This document shows positions 37,196 through 46,391 of a stretch of DNA of 64,000 nt, in pieces (position 1 is the stretch's first letter; every line of letters begins with the position of its first letter). Location of the stretch: positions 7,384 through 71,383 of the forward strand of contig JBGOVX010000002.1 in the NCBI GenBank assembly GCA_041478355.1. Direction: 5' to 3'. The translations under genes were made by a program, and so were the position numbers. This DNA comes from Terriglobia bacterium. GTDB taxonomy: Bacteria > Acidobacteriota > Terriglobia > Acidiferrales > UBA7541. The notes below the pieces were generated by a model that saw only the letters and a program-made list of their open reading frames with translations, searched no databases and was not told the origin of the DNA.

Positions 37196-37766
37196 TTTTC
37201 TACTTCCGGTGATGGCTCTGTTGGCGTGCAGCGCGGCCATGGCCCAGTCCCGCACTTATAAGGTGGGCAGGCCTCCGACAGAAGCAGAAATGCGCGCCTG
37301 GGACAATGTCGTAGGTTCAGACGGGAAGGAACTTCCTCCCGGAAGCGGAACCGCTAAGGAGGGCGCGAAGATTTACGCCGCTAAGTGCTCTTTTTGTCAT
37401 GGGAAAACCGGGGTAGAGGGCCCTTACCCACGCTTGGTAGGAGGCACGGGCACACTCAACACTCCTAAACCTATAATGACTACTGGGAGTTACTGGCCGT
37501 TTGCGACGACGATATGGGACTATATCAACCGCACTATGCCCCGGGATGCGGAAGGAACTCTCACGCCAGATGAGGTCTACTCTTTAACTGCCTACCTGCT
37601 CTACCGGAACGACATCATTAAAGAGACCGACGCCTTGGACACCAAGAGTCTGGTGGAGCTGCAAATGCCGAATCGAAATGGATTCTATCCTTCGAAGCCG
37701 GAAGCGACGACGAAAAACGGAAACTGGAAGCCCCACTGGAATCAAGCAAAACCAGCGGCGAAATGA
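37167..37766 (+). CDS. Monohaem c-type cytochrome (SorB/SoxD-like partner)
   Basis: CSFCHG haem motif. Signal peptide MRCTSISKSNFLLPVMALLACSAAMAQ if the start is 37167 (29-nt overlap with the upstream gene). Alternative start at 37212. Confidence 0.7.
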   Translation: MRCTSISKSNFLLPVMALLACSAAMAQSRTYKVGRPPTEAEMRAWDNVVGSDGKELPPGSGTAKEGAKIYAAKCSFCHGKTGVEGPYPRLVGGTGTLNTPKPIMTTGSYWPFATTIWDYINRTMPRDAEGTLTPDEVYSLTAYLLYRNDIIKETDALDTKSLVELQMPNRNGFYPSKPEATTKNGNWKPHWNQAKPAAK

Positions 37767-37859
37767 AAGAGCCTTCGCTGCTCAAGGGGGCGCCTCTCGC
37801 CATTCATTTCTGCAGCATCGGCCGCTAGTGCAGGCCTCGCTTGCCGGTATAAGGTAAGA

Positions 37860-39314
37860 TCAGTTCTGGCGCGCTGCGCTTTCAACTTGAGCCAGCAGGC
37901 GGTCCAGCGCCTTCCTATCGAGGAAATTCCCGTTGAGGACTACGCCTGAAATCTTTTGAGTGTTGGAAATGGCCTCGAGCGGATTGGCGTCCAGCAAGAC
38001 CAGATCCGCCAGTTTGCCTTTTTCCACCGTACCCATCGAATCCAGCTTGCCGAGATAGTCCGCGGCATTTTTGGTCGCGGTTTGCAACGCTTGCATGGGT
38101 GTGAGTCCCGCCTTGACGAATTCCGCGAACTCGTCGTGCACGGCAGATCCGAAAAAAGAACCATCCGTGCCAACCAGCATCTTCACTCCGGCGCGCTGCA
38201 TCGCGCCTGCAAGACGAAGGTGGTATTGAAACATAAGTCTCTGAGCTTCGAGGACATCGGGATTAATTTCTCTGGGATGCGCTGGGTAAGAAAACTCGCG
38301 AAGCGCTGGTGAGAAGTATTTCACAACGCGCGGATCGGTGGCCGGGACGCGGTCAACGCTGGCCCTGACCAGGGATGGTGTTACGAATGTGTTGTTCTTG
38401 ACGAACTTTGCAAATAAGCTTGCGGCCTTTTCCTCGTCGTAGGAATTGACCAGAGCTTTCACGTCCTCAAGGCGCAGTATCCCCCGCATCGCCGGCTTGC
38501 CCCCGCCATACAGTTCCTCCTCCTTCTGCATCAGCTCTTTTTCTTTGGAGGAACATCCGAAAAGCACGGCATAGTCGTGTTCCAGACTTTTTTGCCCGGC
38601 ATCGGAAGCCTCCGCGGCGGAAATCACAATTGGCACATGACCGGCGAAAGGCATGCCCTGTTTTTTTGCCTCTTCCGCGATTCCGTAATACGCATCCCGC
38701 GAAAGCTGATCGTATACCTTGATCGAATCAGCCCCTAACTTCTTGAGGTAGATGACTTCTTCACGCGCCTGCGCCGCGTCAGCCACCGGAGCCCAATAGC
38801 GGGGATAGCCCGGAACATGCGGCCCATTCACAACGGTGAGGGCCAGGTTCAAGCGCGGACCTATGACCGCTCCTTCCTCAATCGCCTGGCGCCACTGTAC
38901 GTCCTGCAAATACGGGTAATCACCGAAATCATCAGGAAGCCCGGGTGACCCCATATCGCGAACCCCCGTTACACCATAGGCGACGAACAGATACATGACG
39001 TACAAGGGGAAAGATTTTCTACTTCGAATGAAGGCATGCGTGTGCATTTCCCACAAACCAGGGATCATGTACTTATTGTTTGCATTAATGACTCGGGCAT
39101 TGGCGGGAACCGTCATCTGCGCGGACTTGCCAAGCGCCGTGATGTGATTTCCCGACACGACCACGGTCATATCCGGCTTTGCTGGGGAGCCAGTGGCATC
39201 AATCACCGTAACGTGCGTGAATGCGAGAGGTCTTTGACCGGCGGGTGGCGCTTGCTGAGCTAAACACAGCGTGGACAAGAAAAGAACAATCAACCACGAA
39301 GCAAATACCTTCAT
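37860..39314 (-). CDS. Secreted amidohydrolase (COG1228 / Xaa-Pro-, Xaa-Arg-type carboxypeptidase-like family)
   Basis: ORF trimmed to ATG 39314, which follows GGAGG. Signal peptide MKVFASWLIVLFLSTLCLAQQ. MHTHAF metal motif and C-terminal GKLADLVLLDANPL. Confidence 0.85.
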   Translation of the reverse strand: MKVFASWLIVLFLSTLCLAQQAPPAGQRPLAFTHVTVIDATGSPAKPDMTVVVSGNHITALGKSAQMTVPANARVINANNKYMIPGLWEMHTHAFIRSRKSFPLYVMYLFVAYGVTGVRDMGSPGLPDDFGDYPYLQDVQWRQAIEEGAVIGPRLNLALTVVNGPHVPGYPRYWAPVADAAQAREEVIYLKKLGADSIKVYDQLSRDAYYGIAEEAKKQGMPFAGHVPIVISAAEASDAGQKSLEHDYAVLFGCSSKEKELMQKEEELYGGGKPAMRGILRLEDVKALVNSYDEEKAASLFAKFVKNNTFVTPSLVRASVDRVPATDPRVVKYFSPALREFSYPAHPREINPDVLEAQRLMFQYHLRLAGAMQRAGVKMLVGTDGSFFGSAVHDEFAEFVKAGLTPMQALQTATKNAADYLGKLDSMGTVEKGKLADLVLLDANPLEAISNTQKISGVVLNGNFLDRKALDRLLAQVESAARQN

Positions 39315-39430
39315 CGCGACCTCCACGGAATATACGTGTTGTTTTGCAGAAAACTGGCGCCGCCGCACTTCCATCTCATTCCCTAAAAAAAAGCACGGCG
39401 GTGTGTTGCCGACTTCCGCACTAGCGCCCT

Positions 39431-40141
39431 CTACTTGGTGAACTCGATCCATATCGCGCGCGGTAACCCTGATACTTCTTCCTCTATATGAGCATCCGGA
39501 CTGTATTTGGTGGTGGAGATCACTTCGCCGGGCTTCCTCGCGAAGGAAGGGTTGACAACACCATTGTCCGAAATCGTATGCAACATTCCTCCATCAAGAA
39601 ATACGGCGGCCGTGCGGTGATAATGCGCGTGGCGCACTATTTGTTCGCCGGGCTTCCATACTTGGTCCCAAACGGTTATCCGGTCAGCTTCAAAGAGCTT
39701 TACTGTGTTTATGCGTGGAAACTGAGCCGGAACACCCTCTCTGGTCGGCCACGGTTCCGGCACATAATCTTTCAACTGGAATACCATCGCGCGGCTTGGC
39801 GTGTCGCTAAGGCCTTCCTGTTCGACTAGCGTCCCCTTCGGTTCGTAGCGGACCGAACCGAATCTTTGCTGTTCAATGCTCGACGTACCGTCAGGCCTGC
39901 TGATTTTTATGGCGCCTTCGGTCAGAGTGACGGAAACTTGATCCATGTCGAGTTTGCGCATTCCGGTGGGTTTGCCCTTCTCATAAGTGACCTCCCAAGC
40001 CACTATACGATCGTTGTCCTGAACTTTAGTCGCACCTTCCCGTGGAAATGCCGGGCCGTTTTTCTGAGCGAGCATGGAGGGCGGTAAAAAAAGTAAAGCG
40101 CCCAATGTCAGTAAAACTCGAAGGTCAAATTGCTTTCTCAT
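39431..40141 (-). CDS. Secreted hypothetical protein with two cupin-like half-domains
   Basis: 236 aa. Signal peptide LRVLLTLGALLFLPPSMLAQ. Internal repeat DRIVAWEVTYEKGKPTG / DRITVWDQVWKPGEQIV. Confidence 0.55.
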   Translation of the reverse strand: MRKQFDLRVLLTLGALLFLPPSMLAQKNGPAFPREGATKVQDNDRIVAWEVTYEKGKPTGMRKLDMDQVSVTLTEGAIKISRPDGTSSIEQQRFGSVRYEPKGTLVEQEGLSDTPSRAMVFQLKDYVPEPWPTREGVPAQFPRINTVKLFEADRITVWDQVWKPGEQIVRHAHYHRTAAVFLDGGMLHTISDNGVVNPSFARKPGEVISTTKYSPDAHIEEEVSGLPRAIWIEFTK

Positions 40142-40320
40142 AATTGTCCTCCCTGCATTTAGAAAACTTACCTGATGAGCTCTCCAGCTGATTTTTATCG
40201 GAAATTATTGAAGGTGCTATTGACCTGGCAGGCAAATATCTCAAGGCGCCAACACGTCAGATGCGTTCCACAACCCGAGCACCCCGCTCGACATCACCAG
40301 GAGAAAACCAGTGGCGGCAA

Positions 40321-40380
40321 GCGAGACGGGCAACAACTTGTGCTTCCTTGTGAAGCCCGACGAACCAAGCACCGTCTCGC
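40321..40380 (-). repeat. 60-nt nested inverted repeat downstream of the TonB-dependent receptor gene
   Basis: GCGAGACGG (40321-40329) pairs perfectly with CCGTCTCGC (40372-40380). An inner GTGCTT/AAGCAC stem lies within. Located 49 nt after the stop. No adjacent T tract. Confidence 0.4.
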
Positions 40381-40428
40381 AACTCCCGCCTTCGAATCAA
40401 CCCACAGCCGAGCCAGCTAGGACAATCG

Positions 40429-43400
40429 CTACCAGGAAATCTTTAATCCAAACTGGATTTCCCTTGACGGAACCTGCTGGGCATCAACTTGACCGAAACC
40501 ATCCACTGGCGCTCCCGTCGCGTCAAAGACCTCGAGACCGTTAGTCGGGGGCGCAAAGTTAGTGTGATTCGCGAGGTTGAAGAATTCCGCTCGGAACTGG
40601 ACATTGAAACTTTCCGAGATCCTAGTGATGTGGGTGTCCTTAACAATGGAGACATCGGCGTTGACCAAGCCGGGTCCAATAATCACGTTCCGGCCTAGAG
40701 TGCCAAGCAGATTCATGCACGTCGGGAAGGCGAAAGAGTGATCGCAGCCCATCGGTACAGCAGCATCGTAGAAGGCCTGGCTGGGCGCTTGAGCATTGAT
40801 AAAACATGCAGGGCCAAGGTACTGCACATTGTGCGGATGAACCAAGTTCCTCGGAGTGCAACCGGAAGCGAGGCTTGGAATAGCCATGGGTTCGGAGTTG
40901 AGTTGGCCCATAGGATCCCCCTCAATACCGGTCAACGGCCAGAGGGGAGCGCCGTCGCTCGCAGTGAAGACCCCTCCCACCTCCCATCCTTTGGCTAGCC
41001 AAGCGGCAGGCCCAGAGAATGAGGCCGGTGTTGGAATGTGCCACAGGCCGTTAATGACAAGATTCCGGCCAATATGGAAGTCTGATAGCCCTTTAATGAT
41101 GCGGAGGTCATACCAGGGAATAGTTGGAGTTAAATTCGAGGCGAAGTTGTCACCCGCGAAGCTGCCGGAGGAGGTGTCCTGTGACTTGGCCCAGGTGAAC
41201 GAGCCCTGAATCTGGAAACCGTGGCTCATTCGCTTTTCGACCTCAACTTGGAGAGCGTTATACCAGGATTGGCTCTCCCAAATGGTTGACTGAATTGAAC
41301 CGACGTTCGGGTTGATTACATTCCCGGGCACGATGCTGGTCGGGTTAGCCACCCCCGTCCCACACGAACCTGCCGGTAAACTTGGGCCTGAGCAACCCAC
41401 CTGTACGTCGTTGTTATTTATGACCGTAGGAAACAGGTAGCCTCCTCCAGCCGACACCTTGTACGGGAAAACCGTATTCAGCTCATCGGTCTGGAAGGGA
41501 TTGTGGATCCCCCTGGAACCGGCATAGGCGACCGTCAGCGAAGTATTCGGTGTAATTTGTCTCTGGACGTTAAGGTTATATTGCAAGACGTAATTGCGCT
41601 TCGGAGCGGGTTCTACGTAGTTCCACGTCGTCTGACTAGTTGCCGGTGCCGACCCGCTACCGGCAAGAAGCAATGTTCCAATGCCACGCGGGAACGAGAA
41701 TGCGGGTGGGGTGAACACTGTCTTCGGTTGGAATGGAGAGGTCTGCACGTTATTTAACGCCATCATGAACGGAAGAGGAAGAACATCGAAGACGCCGCCT
41801 CCCCCGCGCACGGCGGTCTTACCGTTGCCGAAGGGATCCCAGGCAAAGCCGATTCGCGGATCAATGTTCCGCTTGGTCGGGTTCGACGTAAACATGACCT
41901 TGTTAAAACCAGCACAGGCGGTAGCATTAGGAGTGCCGTCTGCATTAGCCACGCAAGGCCCGGGATTGGTAGTCAAAAGCGGCAGGTTCGCAATCTTCCC
42001 CTTTGCCTCGGTGGGAACCGTTTGAATCTCGTAGCGCAGGCCGAGGTTCAACGTGAGGCCTCTGCGAACTTTCCAATCATCCTGAATATATCCGCCGAAA
42101 ATCCTAGCGTTCATTGTGTGCGGCGTGAGTCCTGTAACGAAGGGCGCAACCGTGGGGCCTTGCGTCTTCCCGGGAATATTCTCAAGCATAGCTGTCAGGT
42201 TCGCAAAGCCCACGGTGCCGTTGGTTTGTCCCGTTAAGACAGAGTCGACAGTATCTCGAAGGAAGACTCCTCCAAACTTAAAGTTATGGTTCCCCACCGT
42301 GTACACGGCATCGTCGAACACTTCGTACATATGCACCGCAAGGTCCTGACTCCCAAAAGGTTGAAGCGTACGGAATTGGGAAAGCCCCGCCACGCCCCCG
42401 CCAGCGCTGACCGAAGAGATTGTCGGCGCCTGCAATTTATCTGTCATGCCAAAGGTACTGTCAGTCATCTTTGAATTAAGCGCCACCAACGATGGGTTTA
42501 GTACCCCCGAGGTGTTATATCCAAAACGAATCGTGTTGGCGACGGAGGGGCTGAAGACGTGGGTCTCTTCCGCGGACAAGGCCCAGCGCGGAATTACAAA
42601 TCCCTGTAATTGGTTGTTCAAGGAATCGGGCCTGGACCATTGCGAGTGATCATAATAGTAAGCGGAATCAAATGAGTCTTTGTCGGAGAGATGGATGTCG
42701 ACTCTTTCGGTGCCGTAGTTCTCGGTCACCGTTTGCTGACCCGTAAAAGCGTACTTGCCGGTGTCTCCAGATATGCCCGAATTGGGGAGCGGGTAAAAGG
42801 CATTAATGAACGCCAGCGTGTTAGGATCAACGCATACATTGGTGGAGCCGGGCTTCGGTACTATCGAAATGGGGTTTATGGACTGACACGTCGCCAGTGT
42901 CACCGGAGCGCCGGCGCCGATAATGATTCCATCCCTCGCGTTTTGCGTGGGGGTATGGGCGGTTGTGGGAATGCCCTTGGACTGACGAAGGCCCTCGTAG
43001 TCACCAAAGACCCATATCTTGTCCTTTATGATGCGTCCACCAGCCGATGCGCCAAACTGGTTGCGCCGGAATTGAGGTTTCGCCAGGTTATTTGCGTTAG
43101 CAAAGAAATCGGAAGCGTCCAGCGCGCTGTTGCGCATGAACTCATAAACGCTGCCGTGAAACGTGTTCGTGCCGGACCGGTTGATGGCGTTGATGACCCC
43201 GCCCGAGGTAAAGCCATATTGGGCCGAGTAGTTGTTGGTCAGGACCGAGAATTCTTGGATGGCGTCCACACCCAGGTTTGCTCCCAGGACGTTTCCGGGG
43301 CCTGCATTTGAGTAGTCGTTAACAATAATGCCATTCAGCCTATAGACGTTCTGCGTGGGCCGATTCCCGTTGATGGTCATCTGCATTCCCAGCCCGCGCG

Positions 43401-43965
43401 CGTGGCCGCCAGGTTGGGTGACCACAGCTTGGGTCCGCACTGAGGCCACCCCAGGCTGCAACGTGGCCAGGGACGCCCAGTCCCGGCCGTTGAGAGGCAA
43501 TTCGACAATCGTGGCGGGCTGCACCGTTCCGGACAGCTCCGAACTGGAGAGCTGCATGGCAGGCACTTCGGTGGTCACTTCCACCCTTTGGGTGACATTC
43601 CCGACCTGCAAGGTAAAATTCAATTCCTGCTGGGCTCCCACTGTTAACGTGACGCCGGACTGCACCAGGGTCGAAAATCCCGTGGCCGACACGCTGATTT
43701 CGTAGGTGGCGGGCAATAGGTTGGGCAACGTATAGACACCGCTTGAGTTGGTCGTGGTGGTTGCGGTGACGCCGGTCGCGGCGTTTCTAGCGGCGACTTG
43801 AGCGTTCGCGATGACCGCACTAGAAGCATCAGTGACCCTGCCGCTGAACGTTCCTCCGGCAACCTGCGCATGCATGGAAACTGCTATGAAAAAGATGAGT
43901 GCAAAACTCAATACTGAAACGAAACCGGCCCCTATACTCTTGCTTGCGTTACGCGCGGTAAACAC
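40429..43965 (-). CDS. TonB-dependent outer-membrane receptor with N-terminal CarboxypepD_reg-like domain
   Basis: 1178 aa. GTG start 5 nt after AAGGAGG. Signal peptide. SGRVTDASSAVIANAQVAARNAATGVTATTTTNSSGVYTLPNLLPATYEISV. Plug-like region. C-terminal barrel ends REIQFGLKISW. Confidence 0.9.
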   Translation of the reverse strand: MFTARNASKSIGAGFVSVLSFALIFFIAVSMHAQVAGGTFSGRVTDASSAVIANAQVAARNAATGVTATTTTNSSGVYTLPNLLPATYEISVSATGFSTLVQSGVTLTVGAQQELNFTLQVGNVTQRVEVTTEVPAMQLSSSELSGTVQPATIVELPLNGRDWASLATLQPGVASVRTQAVVTQPGGHARGLGMQMTINGNRPTQNVYRLNGIIVNDYSNAGPGNVLGANLGVDAIQEFSVLTNNYSAQYGFTSGGVINAINRSGTNTFHGSVYEFMRNSALDASDFFANANNLAKPQFRRNQFGASAGGRIIKDKIWVFGDYEGLRQSKGIPTTAHTPTQNARDGIIIGAGAPVTLATCQSINPISIVPKPGSTNVCVDPNTLAFINAFYPLPNSGISGDTGKYAFTGQQTVTENYGTERVDIHLSDKDSFDSAYYYDHSQWSRPDSLNNQLQGFVIPRWALSAEETHVFSPSVANTIRFGYNTSGVLNPSLVALNSKMTDSTFGMTDKLQAPTISSVSAGGGVAGLSQFRTLQPFGSQDLAVHMYEVFDDAVYTVGNHNFKFGGVFLRDTVDSVLTGQTNGTVGFANLTAMLENIPGKTQGPTVAPFVTGLTPHTMNARIFGGYIQDDWKVRRGLTLNLGLRYEIQTVPTEAKGKIANLPLLTTNPGPCVANADGTPNATACAGFNKVMFTSNPTKRNIDPRIGFAWDPFGNGKTAVRGGGGVFDVLPLPFMMALNNVQTSPFQPKTVFTPPAFSFPRGIGTLLLAGSGSAPATSQTTWNYVEPAPKRNYVLQYNLNVQRQITPNTSLTVAYAGSRGIHNPFQTDELNTVFPYKVSAGGGYLFPTVINNNDVQVGCSGPSLPAGSCGTGVANPTSIVPGNVINPNVGSIQSTIWESQSWYNALQVEVEKRMSHGFQIQGSFTWAKSQDTSSGSFAGDNFASNLTPTIPWYDLRIIKGLSDFHIGRNLVINGLWHIPTPASFSGPAAWLAKGWEVGGVFTASDGAPLWPLTGIEGDPMGQLNSEPMAIPSLASGCTPRNLVHPHNVQYLGPACFINAQAPSQAFYDAAVPMGCDHSFAFPTCMNLLGTLGRNVIIGPGLVNADVSIVKDTHITRISESFNVQFRAEFFNLANHTNFAPPTNGLEVFDATGAPVDGFGQVDAQQVPSREIQFGLKISW

Positions 43966-44089
43966 GTGGCCTCCTTTGATTGCATTCGGACGTAAGGGCT
44001 AATTCCAGGGACGTCGACGACGCCCCACGCCGGTCATTTGCCCACCCCTGAAACGTTTAACCGGAAAAATCCACCAAGTAATCATGCGG

Positions 44090-44119
44090 TGTTTAGCACC
44101 GATTACATTCCCTTGTCAA
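44090..44119 (-). promoter_or_regulatory. Sigma-70-type promoter candidate for the TonB-dependent receptor gene
   Basis: Gene-strand TTGACA (44119..44114), an 18-nt spacer, then TAAACA (44095..44090) in an AT-rich tract. Implies a leader of about 120 nt. Confidence 0.35.
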
Positions 44120-44294
44120 TAATTAATTTGTCGAAGTTATTTTCCAATATTTATTTCTTGGGATAGCGAGCAATCATTTTGGCCGTGCGAGGCGCGAAAA
44201 TTGGAAGAGTTCCGGGCGAATTAAATCGAAAACGCGCTCATGCGCCACCGGCTGGAGGTGGATGGAGTAACGACGCTTGTACAGAGTTCACTCC

Positions 44295-44325
44295 AAAAAA
44301 AAAGGTGAAGCGGGCGCGATTCACC
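44295..44325 (-). terminator. Rho-independent terminator
   Basis: Gene-strand GGTGAA-(10-nt loop)-TTCACC followed directly by T9. Lies 41 nt after the stop at 44367. Confidence 0.75.
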
Positions 44326-44366
44326 CCGCCTGGATGGGACTCTGTCGCATCCTTGCAATGCGCAGT

Positions 44367-44834
44367 TTATTGCCTATCAAAAATGACAGTCCAGGTTCGC
44401 GGCTCTCCGCCGGCGTTCTTGCTGTGGAAGATATTGGTCCTGGTTTTTCCATCTTTGGAGATGGCGGACGTGTTGATGGTCACCACAACCCCATTTTTCT
44501 TGCGCGTGGTCTCAATCGTACTGGCGTCAATTCTCCTGGCCGCAACGCTATCTACAGCGGGCGACCCGGTGACGGGATAGTCCTTGCCGTCATACTTCAC
44601 GCTATATTCAAAATGGGTCGGCTTTCCCTCCGTGTTCAACCCATTCGAGACCACCTTTAGGCCGCCTTCCTGTTCCTCGATGACCACAGTTTCGCCCTTC
44701 GGCGCCGGCATATCGCTCGCGAACTTTGACTTCTCCATATTCATTTTCCAAGTTCCGGCCTGTCGATCGGTGGCCCAAAGCGCCATTGGTATTACGACCA
44801 TGGCAAAAATCACGCTTCGCATCTGTTTATGCAT
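44367..44834 (-). CDS. Secreted lipocalin-like hypothetical protein
   Basis: ORF trimmed to ATG 44834, which follows GGAGGA. 155 aa with a signal peptide. Starts GTWKMNMEKSKF and ends TVIFDRQ. Same domain as the N-terminus of the 45505-46344 cytochrome. Confidence 0.6.
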   Translation of the reverse strand: MHKQMRSVIFAMVVIPMALWATDRQAGTWKMNMEKSKFASDMPAPKGETVVIEEQEGGLKVVSNGLNTEGKPTHFEYSVKYDGKDYPVTGSPAVDSVAARRIDASTIETTRKKNGVVVTINTSAISKDGKTRTNIFHSKNAGGEPRTWTVIFDRQ

Positions 44835-44911
44835 GAGCTTTCCTCCACTATACATTTCGCTAAATCGCACCCCGCAAGTCTGGAATCAACTATAGCGCAA
44901 CCTCAATTCGG

Positions 44912-45430
44912 TCACGGCGTCGGGGAGACAAAACCCTTCACATGGTCGGCGATCTTTTCAATGCCGGCATTTGCACAGATTTCATCTTTATCGCCGCCCG
45001 GAGCTCCGCTCACACCGATTGCTCCGATGACTTCCATGCCAATTCTGATTGGCACTCCGCCAGCTGTGCCAACGGTGCCCTCGATGTTGGGCGCGGGTGG
45101 GTTGGCTGCCCAGGCTTTGCCAGTCTCGGCCGAGGTTCTTCTAAATGTAAGCGCCGTATATGCCTTCCGGCGGCTAAACCCAATCGTATGCGGCGCGGCT
45201 CCGTCATCGCGCAGGAACGCCTTGAGCACGCCGTTGGCATCGATTACAGTCGCTGACACGCGATAGCCAGCCGCGCGGCATTTTTCGACCGCTCCATGGG
45301 CAATGGCCTGCGCAGCATCGAGCGACATCGCCCTCTGCGTAAGGAGCCCTTGCGCCAGCACCAAGGAGGAAGCCGCAGTCAACAAAACAGCGGAGGCGGC
45401 AACCACTCCGGCTAATCGATTCCTAGGCAT
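44912..45430 (-). CDS. Secreted GlcG/HbpS-like (DUF336) haem-binding-type protein
   Basis: ORF trimmed to ATG 45430. Signal peptide. GVPIRIGMEVIGAIGVSGAPGGDKDEICA. Confidence 0.8.
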   Translation of the reverse strand: MPRNRLAGVVAASAVLLTAASSLVLAQGLLTQRAMSLDAAQAIAHGAVEKCRAAGYRVSATVIDANGVLKAFLRDDGAAPHTIGFSRRKAYTALTFRRTSAETGKAWAANPPAPNIEGTVGTAGGVPIRIGMEVIGAIGVSGAPGGDKDEICANAGIEKIADHVKGFVSPTP

Positions 45431-45504
45431 TTCCAATATCTCCCGGCATCCATAACAAAAACAAGACAACGCGATATGCTTGCGACAGCGAACGGTCCGC
45501 GCAC

Positions 45505-46344
45505 TTACTTTCCAGATGGCTTCAGTCCAGCCACTCCCGCAGCCGTCTCCGGCAATATACCGCCCCGGTGACAGGTCCAACAGGTAACCTTGAAGTTTCC
45601 TGGACCGGTGCCGGGGAAATTGTCTTCATTGATGTCGTGCACCATTTTGAACATCTGCCGGGCGACATTCTTCGGCAGCTTGTCATCCTTTTCATACTCA
45701 TTTAACGTGTGACAATAAGCGCAATCAACGCCCAGCCACCTCGTCAGAGACATCATGACCGACGGAAGACGCCAGGCGGGTTCTTTAATGATTTGGATAT
45801 TTTGATATACCTGTCCCGCCGCCAGGATCTTTTGCGGCGGCCCCCAGGTTGCATCGGCCTGCCTTTCAAAAACAATCGTGTCTTCCTTAGAATGCTCCCC
45901 AGCACGTTCGCCCGCGCTTGGACGTTGGCCCTTGAAAACGAGCGTCTGCCCGTCCTTCAGAGTCCACAGCTCGCGGCTGGAGGTACCCTCATTGCCCGGC
46001 ACCGGGAGGGAGTCAATCGCCAGCGCGGCTCCCTGCCATCTTGCGTTGCTCTTGATGGGAACTCCGGTGGTCCCTATGTTTCTGTTGTCGTCAGAGCCGA
46101 TGCGAAAGTATGAGGTTTGCATCAATTCGTTTGCTCCGGTGAGCAAGCGCCAAGTCAGCAGGAGGTCCGGTCCGTTCTGTTCGATCTTGACACGCACGTC
46201 ATTCGGAATGGGCGCAGCGGGGGAGCTAATGCTTTTCAGAGCATTCCATCGCCAAACTCCGGAAAGGTCCGGCGCCTTTTCCTGGGAAGCTGCGCCAACG
46301 GCGCACAAAAGAACAAGAGCGGCCGGAAGATACAGGAGCCTCAT
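45505..46344 (-). CDS. Secreted c-type cytochrome: lipocalin-like N-domain fused to a reaction-centre-cytochrome-like dihaem module
   Basis: ORF trimmed to ATG 46344. Signal peptide MRLLYLPAALVLLCAVGAASQ. Two CxxCH motifs (CAYCH, CWTCH) in a context resembling the PRC cytochrome c family. Confidence 0.7.
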   Translation of the reverse strand: MRLLYLPAALVLLCAVGAASQEKAPDLSGVWRWNALKSISSPAAPIPNDVRVKIEQNGPDLLLTWRLLTGANELMQTSYFRIGSDDNRNIGTTGVPIKSNARWQGAALAIDSLPVPGNEGTSSRELWTLKDGQTLVFKGQRPSAGERAGEHSKEDTIVFERQADATWGPPQKILAAGQVYQNIQIIKEPAWRLPSVMMSLTRWLGVDCAYCHTLNEYEKDDKLPKNVARQMFKMVHDINEDNFPGTGPGNFKVTCWTCHRGGILPETAAGVAGLKPSGK

Positions 46345-46391
46345 AGTCGTTTCCCTCGCGCGCCATTCGGTGTGGGCCGGAAAAATTATCT

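Noticed and set aside
43966-44089. Riboswitch (cobalamin or TPP) in the leader of the TonB-dependent receptor gene.
   Set aside because: I could not find the B12 box or the TPP CUGAGA/ACCC core. Only generic GC-rich stems are present, and an Rfam scan is needed to settle it.
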